Positions 54,919 to 63,941 of a stretch of DNA of 64,000 bases are shown here, piece by piece (the stretch's first letter is position 1; every line of letters begins with the position of its first letter). The position numbers and the translations under genes are program-made. The notes beneath the pieces are model-generated. The model saw nothing but the letters and a program-made list of their open reading frames with translations. It had not been told where the DNA came from and did not search any database. The stretch is from Promethearchaeota archaeon (lineage in GTDB: Archaea > Asgardarchaeota > Lokiarchaeia > Sigyniarchaeales > SOKP01): NCBI GenBank assembly GCA_019058445.1, contig JAHPZA010000003.1:32001-96000 (forward strand). Direction: 5' to 3'.

Positions 54919-56940
54919 TTAACCAAAGAAATATGATTCTAAATCAGAAATACTCATTTTTTCTTCTCCTTTATTTTTCAGATAGTACATAATTTCTTTT
55001 TCTTGATATGCTAACACATTTTTAATAGAGAATGAGATTATATACTCATTTTCTTCTTTAGATTTTGAAACTTTATTTTCGGTATTTGAAGATACTAATT
55101 CAAAGGTATCTGGTATTGTGTCTGTTATTAATACATCCTTTATTTCCACATTCGAATTATTTCTCATTGTAATACTTATCGCAAATTCATCTGCATCACG
55201 TCCAGGAAAGATTTCTTTTCCAATTGTCAGATTACGACGCTTATGTGTGACCTTTATCTTAGGTTTTTTCATGTCTGATAAGATATTTTTCACTACATAA
55301 TATTCAGGTATTTCGATTTCTGCCAGATTCTTGTTTTTTATATAATAACAGCTGACTTCTAACGGAAATTCATATGCTTTATTATAATCTGGAGTCATTG
55401 CCCGAATTGGATATGTCAGTTCTAATTGTCCATTTATCCCTATTAAATCCCTTATTTGATTATTCGTTAAATTTATAATTAATTCTAAAGCATGTTCCTT
55501 AGATGGATCATCATCTTGAGGTGTAATTTTGAGGGTAATATCATCTATTTTCATGTCTCCTGAAGAGTTTTTAAGCTTAATTTGTGCAAGATCAATAGGA
55601 GGCTTAAAATCTTCTGGAATTGTCTCATTAATTATAATACCTTTAATAGGAACAATGCCCGTATTATGAATAATAATTTTATTAAATAATTCTGATTCTT
55701 CAAATGACTTGATTTCTTTTTGAGAGATATCTTTTTCAAAATAAAATCCTATCACTTCAATTGTTGTATCTTCCACTTGTAAGCTTACATTAGTGTTTCT
55801 CTCAATAGCATAATCCAATGAATAAGTTAGCTTTCTTGAAAATTTAGGTTCATTCTCCTCATGAAGTTCCCATTTATTAGTATTAAATGTTTCACCAGGT
55901 CGTAAAATAACTTTATTTCCTTCCTTAGTCATATCTAAATCTACATATTTTGTAGATCTCGTTTTATCGGTAATTAAAACGTTTTTCAATTGCATAGTAA
56001 AATCACTATGATTCGCAAAGATAAATGAGCATTCCCATTGATTTGGTTCTGTTTCTTTCTCTTCCACATCTATGACATGCTTTGCGTGGGAATATGCTGA
56101 GAATTCTTTAATATCAGTTTCTGAGACAATATAATTTTCTAATTCATATGTCATAGTAATAATCCCCGTCCTAATCTGCTTATTTTTTTCTGGAATTATT
56201 TTAGCTATAATAATTACCTGTCTCTGTTCTCCAGGTTTTAATTCTCCTAAATTCCAAGATAATTTATTGTTTTTAATTTTTATATCTGCTTTCGAGTCGC
56301 TTGAACATTCTAAATCATAAAAATCCTTAGGAATTTCTTTTTCAGCATGAATATTTTTAATGATATAATTTGATTGATTATGTAAATCAATTAAAAATTT
56401 AACTGTATTTTCTTGACCAAATAACAAAATATATCGATCATCTTGACCAATCATAGGAATTTCTGTAAAATCCTTTACTGCTTTTATATCCTTATTAAGA
56501 ATCTCTATTGATTCATAAATCTTAAGAGGATCTGATAGATCATCTAAACTACTAATGTTGTATCTAATATTCTTATTAGTTTGTGGTTCAAATATCCCAA
56601 GACTCAACTCATTTTGAATATCTAAATTGGTATATTGAGAGCCTAAGATTTGAATGCGAGTATCCCACATTCGATCTTTATATGAATTATTTATTATTGA
56701 TACATTGCCATAGCCATTAGCAGATTTTCTTTGCATAGTATGATCATACTGAAATTCTAAAGTTTCCTCATTAACTATTGTAATTTCAGATATACTTTCT
56801 GCTGTTTTTGAAATTTGAACCTCATTTGTTTCATATTTTCCTAAGTGCTTTGTTTCTTCCATAAATTTGAGAGGTACTCCCAAAAAATTTGGACCGATTT
56901 TGGTCCTTAATTCAGTTTGATTAATGCATTTAAATCCCAT
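54919..56940 (-). CDS. Multi-beta-sandwich (DUF11/Ig-like repeat) protein with no signal peptide or TM helix
   Basis: Recurring motifs: IDLHNQSNYIIKNIHAEKEIP..F, IIIHNTGIVPIKGIIINETIP..F, ITMRNNSNVEIKDVLITDTIP..F, and SWNLGELKPGE. Confidence 0.65.
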   Translation of the reverse strand: MGFKCINQTELRTKIGPNFLGVPLKFMEETKHLGKYETNEVQISKTAESISEITIVNEETLEFQYDHTMQRKSANGYGNVSIINNSYKDRMWDTRIQILGSQYTNLDIQNELSLGIFEPQTNKNIRYNISSLDDLSDPLKIYESIEILNKDIKAVKDFTEIPMIGQDDRYILLFGQENTVKFLIDLHNQSNYIIKNIHAEKEIPKDFYDLECSSDSKADIKIKNNKLSWNLGELKPGEQRQVIIIAKIIPEKNKQIRTGIITMTYELENYIVSETDIKEFSAYSHAKHVIDVEEKETEPNQWECSFIFANHSDFTMQLKNVLITDKTRSTKYVDLDMTKEGNKVILRPGETFNTNKWELHEENEPKFSRKLTYSLDYAIERNTNVSLQVEDTTIEVIGFYFEKDISQKEIKSFEESELFNKIIIHNTGIVPIKGIIINETIPEDFKPPIDLAQIKLKNSSGDMKIDDITLKITPQDDDPSKEHALELIINLTNNQIRDLIGINGQLELTYPIRAMTPDYNKAYEFPLEVSCYYIKNKNLAEIEIPEYYVVKNILSDMKKPKIKVTHKRRNLTIGKEIFPGRDADEFAISITMRNNSNVEIKDVLITDTIPDTFELVSSNTENKVSKSKEENEYIISFSIKNVLAYQEKEIMYYLKNKGEEKMSISDLESYFFG

Positions 56941-56998
56941 GTTTATTTTGCTCCATTTGATTTATCTTTTATTTTTTATTACATATTTTTGACTAATT

Positions 56999-59089
56999 TT
57001 AATAAATATCATTTAATTGTGAGTATTGCAATTCGTTTAATTTAGAGTTTATAATATTAAAAACATCAAGTATTAAACAAATAGAACCGTCGCTCAGGAT
57101 TGTTGAGCCTGAAATATAGTTGGTAATAGAATATTCTGATTGAAATGGTTTCACCACCGCATCAATTTGTTCAAGAAGCTCATCTGCAATTAATATTGCT
57201 GATGAATTCTCATCTTTCTGACATAAAACTGCCAATTTAGTGTGTGAATTTTTCTTTACTTTACCATTACTATTTAGTTTCAAAAGTTTATCCAATTTAA
57301 TTATGGGTAGAAGACTTGAGTTGATTTTATAATATTTTGACTCTCCAACATACTCCAGAGAATCGGGACTATAAAAATAAATTTGTTTTATGTTTTCCGT
57401 AGGAATCGCGAAGATATCACCTGCGATTTTTAATAATTGTGCCTTAATAATTGCCCTACTAAAGGGTACAATTACTGAGAATTTCGTTCCGATTCCTTTT
57501 TCTGTGAAAATTTGAAAAGAACCTCCAAGTTTTTTAACCTTTTCATCAACAATAGCTAAACCCATTCCTCGTCCAGAGATCATATCTGCATCCGTAAGGG
57601 TTGAAAAGCCAGGCATCAAAAGAAATTTATTCAAAACTTCATTTGAAAGAAGTTCTACCTCGTTGGGAGTGTAATATCCCTTAGCAATGATATTTTCTCT
57701 TATTTTATCATAATTAATCCCTTTTCCATCATCAGAGATTTCAATATAGATTAATCCTGCTCTTCGATATGTCTTTAGTTTTAAGACTCCTGTTTCATTC
57801 TTATTTTTAGAAATCCTTTCTTTTGGTGATTCAATTCCATGATAAATTGCATTTCTAAGAAGATGGACTAATGGTGAATTAAGTTCTTCTAAAATTTTTC
57901 TGTCCATCTCCACATTAATGCCTTCTAGGATGAATTTTATTTTTTTACCTGTTTCTACCGCAACATCACGTACCAATCTTTTATATTTCCTAAAAGTTGA
58001 TTCTACTCTGACAAGTTTTAAGTCAAAAATGATTTCTTGAATATCAAGGAGGGATTTATCAATATTATCAAAAAGGATACTTATCTCCTGATCTTGTCTC
58101 TCCTTGAGTATTTGACTAATTTGATTTTTAATTATGATTAATTCTCCAAAGTAATCCATTAATTTTTCCAATGTATCAATATCAACTTTTATTCTTGAAA
58201 TTGTCGCTCTTTCATTCTGGAAATTGTCTATTATCTTAGACACCGGTTCAATTTCTCCATCAATGATTTCTTCTTCGTAAGTGTTTTCTTTTTCACTTTC
58301 CAGGCTACTTTCAAATGTGTTCTCATCCTGCATCTTTATACTAAAGTTAGTCAGAAGAGCTTCAAATTTGTCATGATTTAACTCTGTTATAACTTTATTA
58401 TCAATTTCAAGGATTTCTTCCAAAATTTGAGAAATTTGGGCTGAATTTTTTTGAGTAATATAGTAAATTTCAAAATCTCTATCAAAATTTCCAATTTCTA
58501 ATAATCGAGGTTCAGGATTACTATAACAAATTTGACCAACTTCATTGAGCGCTCTAAAAATAATAAATAAGCGTACTTTTTTAAATACACAAGTGGCCTG
58601 TAATCTGAGATATATCTTATAATATTTATTATTTTTAACGCTTAGTGTTTGTTTAATTTTATCCTGAGGAATTGGTTTAATAAAGGTAATTTCATATTCA
58701 TTCTCGAAATCATCAAAGGTATCTTTAATTTCGTCTAAAAATTTAACATCAATATCAGTATTATCCCCTTTTTTAAGTCTGCTCACTACTGTTCGAAGAA
58801 CATCAAGACTTTCAAAAAAGATTGAAGTAAATTTACTGATTTTTTCGGTTGAAACTTTATTATCTTTAGCCTTGTTCAAAAAATCTTCTAAAAAATGGCA
58901 GAATTTTGAAACGTTTTCAAAACCTGCCATGGCAGTCAATCCTTTTAAAGTATGGAATGCGAAAAAAAGTTCTTGAACTGGTTTTTTATTGCGAGGATTT
59001 TCTTCTAGCTTGAGAACTTCATCTTCTACTTTTTGGATAAGATCTTCGGATTCATTTATAAAAAGCTGAATATCTTCTTTAGATGCCAT
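56999..59089 (-). CDS. cheA: Chemotaxis histidine kinase CheA
   Basis: Hpt FHTLKG, a P2 domain, dimerization IKVDIDTLEKLMDYFGELII, HATPase HLLRNA.HGIE / DDGKGI / PGFST / SGRGMGL, and a C-terminal CheW-like P5. Confidence 0.95.
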   Translation of the reverse strand: MASKEDIQLFINESEDLIQKVEDEVLKLEENPRNKKPVQELFFAFHTLKGLTAMAGFENVSKFCHFLEDFLNKAKDNKVSTEKISKFTSIFFESLDVLRTVVSRLKKGDNTDIDVKFLDEIKDTFDDFENEYEITFIKPIPQDKIKQTLSVKNNKYYKIYLRLQATCVFKKVRLFIIFRALNEVGQICYSNPEPRLLEIGNFDRDFEIYYITQKNSAQISQILEEILEIDNKVITELNHDKFEALLTNFSIKMQDENTFESSLESEKENTYEEEIIDGEIEPVSKIIDNFQNERATISRIKVDIDTLEKLMDYFGELIIIKNQISQILKERQDQEISILFDNIDKSLLDIQEIIFDLKLVRVESTFRKYKRLVRDVAVETGKKIKFILEGINVEMDRKILEELNSPLVHLLRNAIYHGIESPKERISKNKNETGVLKLKTYRRAGLIYIEISDDGKGINYDKIRENIIAKGYYTPNEVELLSNEVLNKFLLMPGFSTLTDADMISGRGMGLAIVDEKVKKLGGSFQIFTEKGIGTKFSVIVPFSRAIIKAQLLKIAGDIFAIPTENIKQIYFYSPDSLEYVGESKYYKINSSLLPIIKLDKLLKLNSNGKVKKNSHTKLAVLCQKDENSSAILIADELLEQIDAVVKPFQSEYSITNYISGSTILSDGSICLILDVFNIINSKLNELQYSQLNDIY

Positions 59090-59121
59090 ATAATCCCCTT
59101 TATCATTCTTTTTCCATATAT

Positions 59122-59511
59122 TTATTTCTTATCTTTAATTTTTAGAATACGCTCCATAACTTCTACAATCTGTTCAGTTTTGAAAGGCTTTTGAATAAAA
59201 TCTTTAGCTCCTTTTTTTGCCGCTTCAAGTACTAAAGCTTCTTGACCTAAAGCAGATACAACCACGATGATCGCCTTTGGATCAACCTTTAAAAGATCTT
59301 CAATAGTTTCAATGCCTCCCTTTTCAGGCATTACAAGATCCATCGTGACCATATCTGGTTTTAATTTTTTGTATAGGGCAATCGCTTCTTTTCCATTTTT
59401 CGCTTCACCGACGACTTCACCGTAATTAGTTTTTGAAATTATATTCTTCAGAATATTTCGTGTAAATTGGGCGTCATCAACTACCAATATTTTACTTTTA
59501 TTATTTGACAT
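59122..59511 (-). CDS. cheY: Chemotaxis response regulator CheY
   Basis: VVDDAQFTR, VTMDLVMP, VSALGQ, FIQKPF. Confidence 0.92.
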   Translation of the reverse strand: MSNNKSKILVVDDAQFTRNILKNIISKTNYGEVVGEAKNGKEAIALYKKLKPDMVTMDLVMPEKGGIETIEDLLKVDPKAIIVVVSALGQEALVLEAAKKGAKDFIQKPFKTEQIVEVMERILKIKDKK

Positions 59512-59538
59512 TTTTCTAACTCCTATTTTTGGTTAATA

Positions 59539-60063
59539 TTATTTTGTTATTGTTTGTTCTTTTTCTATAATGGTTTGTTCTACTTCAGTTAATATTCTAC
59601 TCAAATCGAGTAAAATTCTAGGTCTATCTTTAAACTTTATAATTCCTTTGATATATTCAATTCCAACACTAGTTTGGAATATTGGACTTAAACCTTCAAC
59701 TAAATCAATATCAATATTGGCTATATCCAAAATACGATCAACTAAAAATCCTGTGTTCACATTATTAACACTAACAATGATGATGTATTTTTTCTCTGAA
59801 CTATATTTTTCTTCATTTTTCTTAGAATCTTGTATTCTATATTCGTTCAGATTTAATTTCTTGCTCAAATTTACAATATGTATAATTTCTCCTCTGTAAT
59901 TATAAATTCCATCAATAAAATCATAACTTTGAGGCAATTTTCTAATTTGGCCTGCCAATATTATTTCTTTAGTATCATAAATATTAATAGCAAATTGTTC
60001 GCCTTCTGTTTCAAATAAAATAACTGAAAGCTTATTTCCTTGAGTATAATATTCTTCTTGCAT
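59539..60063 (-). CDS. cheW: Chemotaxis coupling protein CheW
   Basis: FAINI..TKEII, LPQSYDFIDGIYNYRGEII, GFLVDRI, YIKGI, ILLDL. Confidence 0.9.
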   Translation of the reverse strand: MQEEYYTQGNKLSVILFETEGEQFAINIYDTKEIILAGQIRKLPQSYDFIDGIYNYRGEIIHIVNLSKKLNLNEYRIQDSKKNEEKYSSEKKYIIIVSVNNVNTGFLVDRILDIANIDIDLVEGLSPIFQTSVGIEYIKGIIKFKDRPRILLDLSRILTEVEQTIIEKEQTITK

Positions 60064-60121
60064 ATTTTTTTCTCCTAATCTTTTTTTTACGCATTACAAA
60101 CTTTTTTTTATCTAAATTTTC

Positions 60122-60949
60122 TTACAAATTAAAATATCTGTTAATATTTTTCTCAAATTCGTAAAATGCCGTAATATCTCCATTAAAATTTTCAAGATGG
60201 GTTTTATATTTCTCCAGAAATTCATCAGCCATAAGATACATATATCTTTTAATAAGCGGAGTTATCTTTTCAACTAAGAAAGCAAAAATTACATTTTTCT
60301 TAGTAATCGTGTAAAATAGCTGATTTCCGAAATTTATCTCTTTTAATTTCCCCCCTGTCTCTTTACCGATGACAAATTGTGAAAATGAAAAAAGTGCTGA
60401 AATAAAACCTCCTATTTGAACTTCTCCATCAATAATGTCAGTCCGTTTTCCCATAATTTTTGTAAAAAGTGGACATCCAGCAGTATCAATAATAAAAATA
60501 CCAATTATTCCCTCTATTACAGGTATTTCGATTGAGTTTTTAATAGTATTCTTAATCTCATCGATAGTATGATTATCAGTACAATATTTAATAATACTCT
60601 TAGAGTGTAAATATAATTCAGAATATTGGAGAGTACTTTCTTTTTCATAAAGATAAATTAGAATTAGTTTCTCTAACTCTTTTTTATTCTTGAAAAAGTT
60701 AAGAAATACAGAGAAATCATCTAAAGGAATAATGGAATTTCCACTATCTTTTTTGATTATTTCCATCTTGAAAAGATGTAATATATTTTGTATCATGGGC
60801 ATTCCAATACCAATTTGGTAAAGTACTTCAGAACTAAAATCTTCTGACTCAATGTTTTTGAAAGTAATTTTGATCAAACCAATGCCTAGCACTTCCAACA
60901 TTCTTGGATTATTAACACGTCTGTCCATGCTTATCATCGAGACTACCAA
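60122..60949 (-). CDS. Longin-domain protein, first gene of the che operon
   Basis: The C-terminal half has a longin pattern (GIFIIDTAGCPLF...IGGFISALFSFSQFV...LKEINFGN...IFAFLV...EFLEKY...FNGDITAF..F). The exact start is uncertain. Confidence 0.72.
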   Translation of the reverse strand: MVVSMISMDRRVNNPRMLEVLGIGLIKITFKNIESEDFSSEVLYQIGIGMPMIQNILHLFKMEIIKKDSGNSIIPLDDFSVFLNFFKNKKELEKLILIYLYEKESTLQYSELYLHSKSIIKYCTDNHTIDEIKNTIKNSIEIPVIEGIIGIFIIDTAGCPLFTKIMGKRTDIIDGEVQIGGFISALFSFSQFVIGKETGGKLKEINFGNQLFYTITKKNVIFAFLVEKITPLIKRYMYLMADEFLEKYKTHLENFNGDITAFYEFEKNINRYFNL

Positions 60950-61011
60950 ATTAGCTTTCTATAAATATATCCCCTAAATATACAATAATTCATTTATTGA
61001 TACTTATATTT

Positions 61012-61108
61012 TATAATCTTGATAAAGTAAGTATTTAAAAAATTAATGAAATACAAAATATTACGCTTTAACGATACAAAAAACTCTGAAAAAAAATAAT
61101 TTAAATAT
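61012..61108 (-). promoter_or_regulatory. Duplicated promoter, copy 2 (upstream of longin-cheW-cheY-cheA...cheC)
   Basis: Exact 34-bp match (61019-61052) to 49167-49200; minus-strand TTTAAATA. Confidence 0.8.
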
Positions 61109-61162
61109 AAAACGTTTTCAATAGGATTTTAAAAATTTGAGAGACACGACAAAATAATGATT

Positions 61163-61681
61163 TTATTTCAATTCTTCCTCAAATACTTGAAAATCAGAAG
61201 AAGTGAATAAACAAAAAATTACTTCTTTAATCTGAGTATCTTTTGATAAATACTCTTTAGCGGTTGCAATCATTATTTTTGCACATCTCTCAATAGGATA
61301 CCCAAAAATCCCTGTAGAAATTGCTGGAAATGCAATCGATTTTAGCTCATGTTCATCCATTAATTTTAGACTATTTAGAGTGGCATTTTTCAATTTTTCA
61401 TCTTCATTCCCTTCCCCCATCCGTGGCCCTACCGCATGAATAACATGTTTCGCTTTTAATTCTCCCCCTGTAGTAATCACTGCTCCTCCAACAAATGTAG
61501 GGGATTTCTTATTACATTCTTCTTGAATTTTAGGGCCGCCTTTCCGGCGAATTGCTCCGGCTACACCGCCCCCCAAGATTAATTGCGCATTAGCCGCATT
61601 GACAATAGCATCAGTAGCCAATTCAGTAATATCTCCTTGGACCAACTTAATTTTTGAACTTTTTATTATTAATTCTTTCAT
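61163..61681 (-). CDS. Macro domain protein (ADP-ribose-binding / O-acetyl-ADP-ribose deacetylase, YmdB-like)
   Basis: QGDIT, DAIVNAAN, GGGVAGAI, VIHAVGP, AFPAISTGIFGYP. Confidence 0.95.
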   Translation of the reverse strand: MKELIIKSSKIKLVQGDITELATDAIVNAANAQLILGGGVAGAIRRKGGPKIQEECNKKSPTFVGGAVITTGGELKAKHVIHAVGPRMGEGNEDEKLKNATLNSLKLMDEHELKSIAFPAISTGIFGYPIERCAKIMIATAKEYLSKDTQIKEVIFCLFTSSDFQVFEEELK

Positions 61682-61829
61682 ATTAAAACCTTAAATATTA
61701 TCAATTTCAAATATATTTACTAGTATCTGGTATAATAGTATATAATAACAGTTTAAGTAACCATAATAATAATATATTTTCTAAGATAATCATTTCATAT
61801 TATAAGCTTATATTTGAAGGCGGGAATTA

Positions 61830-63035
61830 ATGAGCATACATTTTCGTAAAAAAGAAGCATCGATTGTCTTATTTTTATTCTTAAGCTTATTTGTTTCACT
61901 CCTTCTCATCAATACAGAGATTTCTGGGGCTAATTCCGAAAAGAATGAAGCGATAAATGAGAATAATAATAGAGAATCTCATCTCGAAGAATCCGGATTC
62001 TGGAATCTTACCGAATCTCCCATAGTTATTGATGATTATCAACCCAATTGTAATTGGAAAAAAACCGCCTCTAAGCATGAGTGGTGTTTTGGTAGTGGGA
62101 CTTTGGATGATCCTTACATTATAGAAAATGTTATTATAAATGGACAGGAGTCTACAAGTTGTATTACTATTAGAAATTCTAATGTGTATTTTATTATTAG
62201 GAATTGTATTCTCTATAATTCTGGTTGGTCCTTATTTAACTGGGACTCCGGGATTAAATTAATTAATACAAATAACGGGAACATATTAAATAACAACTGT
62301 TCATATAATAATGGTTTTGGGATTCTACAAATTGGATGTTCTAATAACAATTTTTCTGGAAACATTGTAAATCATAATTCTCATCATGGAATTTATAGCT
62401 GGAGTATCGATAAAATCAATATTTTTGAAAATGAAATTAATTATAACCAAATAACTGGGATATATTTTTGGTTTAGTTATAAAAACAACATTTCGGATAA
62501 CATCATAAATTCCAATCAAAATGGAATATACTTAATTATGAGTAGTAATAACTTTATCACGTCCAATTATTTAGTCGATAATAATGTGAGTATATATCAA
62601 TTCTGGTCTGGGGGGAATTTTATTAGTGAAAATAAATATGAATATGACCTGCCACCTCCTGCAATACCTGATGAGAACGCTAAAATAGATGGTGATGACA
62701 ATGATGACGATGACGACGATACTGAAGAAATTGAAGCTAAAGAGATCCCCTATATTAGTTTAATATTAATTGGTACTTCTATAGGATTTGTAAGCGGAGG
62801 AATTATTGGTTACCTCATTCAAAAAAAAAGAATCGAAAAAAAAAGCCTTTTTCTATTCAGTAAACCCATGAAAGAAAAATCTAAAGCGGAATCATCTTTA
62901 AATTTAGAGGAGAAGGTTGTTCCTGAACCAGAGTTAGAATTTGTACCAAAAGGAGCAATTATGAAATTTGGAGATATGAAAAAATTGATTGAGGAACAAG
63001 AAGATTTGAAAAAAAATGAAAATGAAAAAAAATAA
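61830..63035 (+). CDS. Membrane-anchored cell-surface protein with a NosD/pectin-lyase-like parallel beta-helix
   Basis: N-terminal signal-like helix, GSGTLDDPYIIEN, repeated GIxLxxSxNNxIxxNxxxxN, an acidic linker, a TM helix and a cytoplasmic tail. Confidence 0.82.
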   Translation: MSIHFRKKEASIVLFLFLSLFVSLLLINTEISGANSEKNEAINENNNRESHLEESGFWNLTESPIVIDDYQPNCNWKKTASKHEWCFGSGTLDDPYIIENVIINGQESTSCITIRNSNVYFIIRNCILYNSGWSLFNWDSGIKLINTNNGNILNNNCSYNNGFGILQIGCSNNNFSGNIVNHNSHHGIYSWSIDKINIFENEINYNQITGIYFWFSYKNNISDNIINSNQNGIYLIMSSNNFITSNYLVDNNVSIYQFWSGGNFISENKYEYDLPPPAIPDENAKIDGDDNDDDDDDTEEIEAKEIPYISLILIGTSIGFVSGGIIGYLIQKKRIEKKSLFLFSKPMKEKSKAESSLNLEEKVVPEPELEFVPKGAIMKFGDMKKLIEEQEDLKKNENEKK

Positions 63036-63055
63036 TAATATCAATAAAAGAAAAA

Positions 63056-63790
63056 TTAGCCTTGCTCTTGGTCTTTTTTGAAAATTTCATCTAATTTGGC
63101 TTTATCTTCGTCAGACATCTTACTCATTGCTTCCATTTGCTGCTGCATTAGGATCCTCATGAAGTTATTACTTATGATTTGGTTTAAAACGGGCAATGCT
63201 ATCCGCATTCGAGTTAGTTCATAATTCATAAGTTTTGCAGTCTCCCTCATCTCTTTCAGTTCCTCTTTTGTCATCCCCTCCTGTCCTATTCCTGGACATT
63301 CTACATCCACAACTGTAAAATTTTTTCCATCGAACTCTAACGGGTATGTTCGACAGCTTAAAGGACGATTCTCATAGATTAAACATTTTTTTTGCTCAGC
63401 ATTGTATAAAGGGCATTTCTCCTCTAGTAATTCCTCTACAGGAGTTCCTGTAAGCATTTGTGTTGGTGATTTTTCATCATCTTCTTTTTGTGGAGGTAAT
63501 GGTTTTAAGATTAGGTCAAATACACCGTCAGGCTTACTATAGACATCCAAATAAGGAAGGAAATTGGCTACTACTCCATTTCGAGCCCACATCTCTAAAT
63601 CCCAAAGTGTAATGGGGATAGGTCCTCTAGCAAGACAGCATTTATCACATCTCGTACATTTAAATGTAAATTTTGCTTTTTCTTTTTCAGGTTCAGCCTG
63701 ATCATCTACAGGTTCTTCATTTTTAATTTCTTCTTTCTTTTCAGAATTTTGATTTTCTTGGTTATTTTCAGTCAATTCACATCTTTCCAT
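63056..63790 (-). CDS. YkgJ/FliB-family cysteine-cluster protein
   Basis: FKCTRCDKCC, CPLY...CLIYENRPLSCRTYP, CPGIG. Confidence 0.88.
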   Translation of the reverse strand: MERCELTENNQENQNSEKKEEIKNEEPVDDQAEPEKEKAKFTFKCTRCDKCCLARGPIPITLWDLEMWARNGVVANFLPYLDVYSKPDGVFDLILKPLPPQKEDDEKSPTQMLTGTPVEELLEEKCPLYNAEQKKCLIYENRPLSCRTYPLEFDGKNFTVVDVECPGIGQEGMTKEELKEMRETAKLMNYELTRMRIALPVLNQIISNNFMRILMQQQMEAMSKMSDEDKAKLDEIFKKDQEQG

Positions 63791-63941
63791 TTAGTTTTTT
63801 TGGATATTTTCTAATGAGTAGATTTATTAAAAATTCAAAATTAATCCTAGAAAAAAAATTTTATCTTTATCTATGATAAATGATTTAACATTATATCCAA
63901 ATAATAGATAAATTACAATAGACATGGAGTTTGTATATAAT

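Noticed and set aside
49160-61108. The duplicated ~100-bp segment as mobile-element ends or att sites
   Set aside because: No integrase or transposase is nearby, che genes continue beyond the left copy, and both copies sit in promoter position with a TATA box.
1184-62519. Many 60-130 aa ORFs in the track that lie antisense to, or overlap, longer genes (e.g. 1184..1447, 9621..9839, 29838..30221, 34966..35340, 59570..59899)
   Set aside because: They are shadows of well-supported genes and have no recognisable motifs.
61163-63790. Macro domain, beta-helix surface protein and YkgJ genes as parts of the che system
   Set aside because: They lie upstream of the duplicated che promoter, have mixed orientation and are common stand-alone families.
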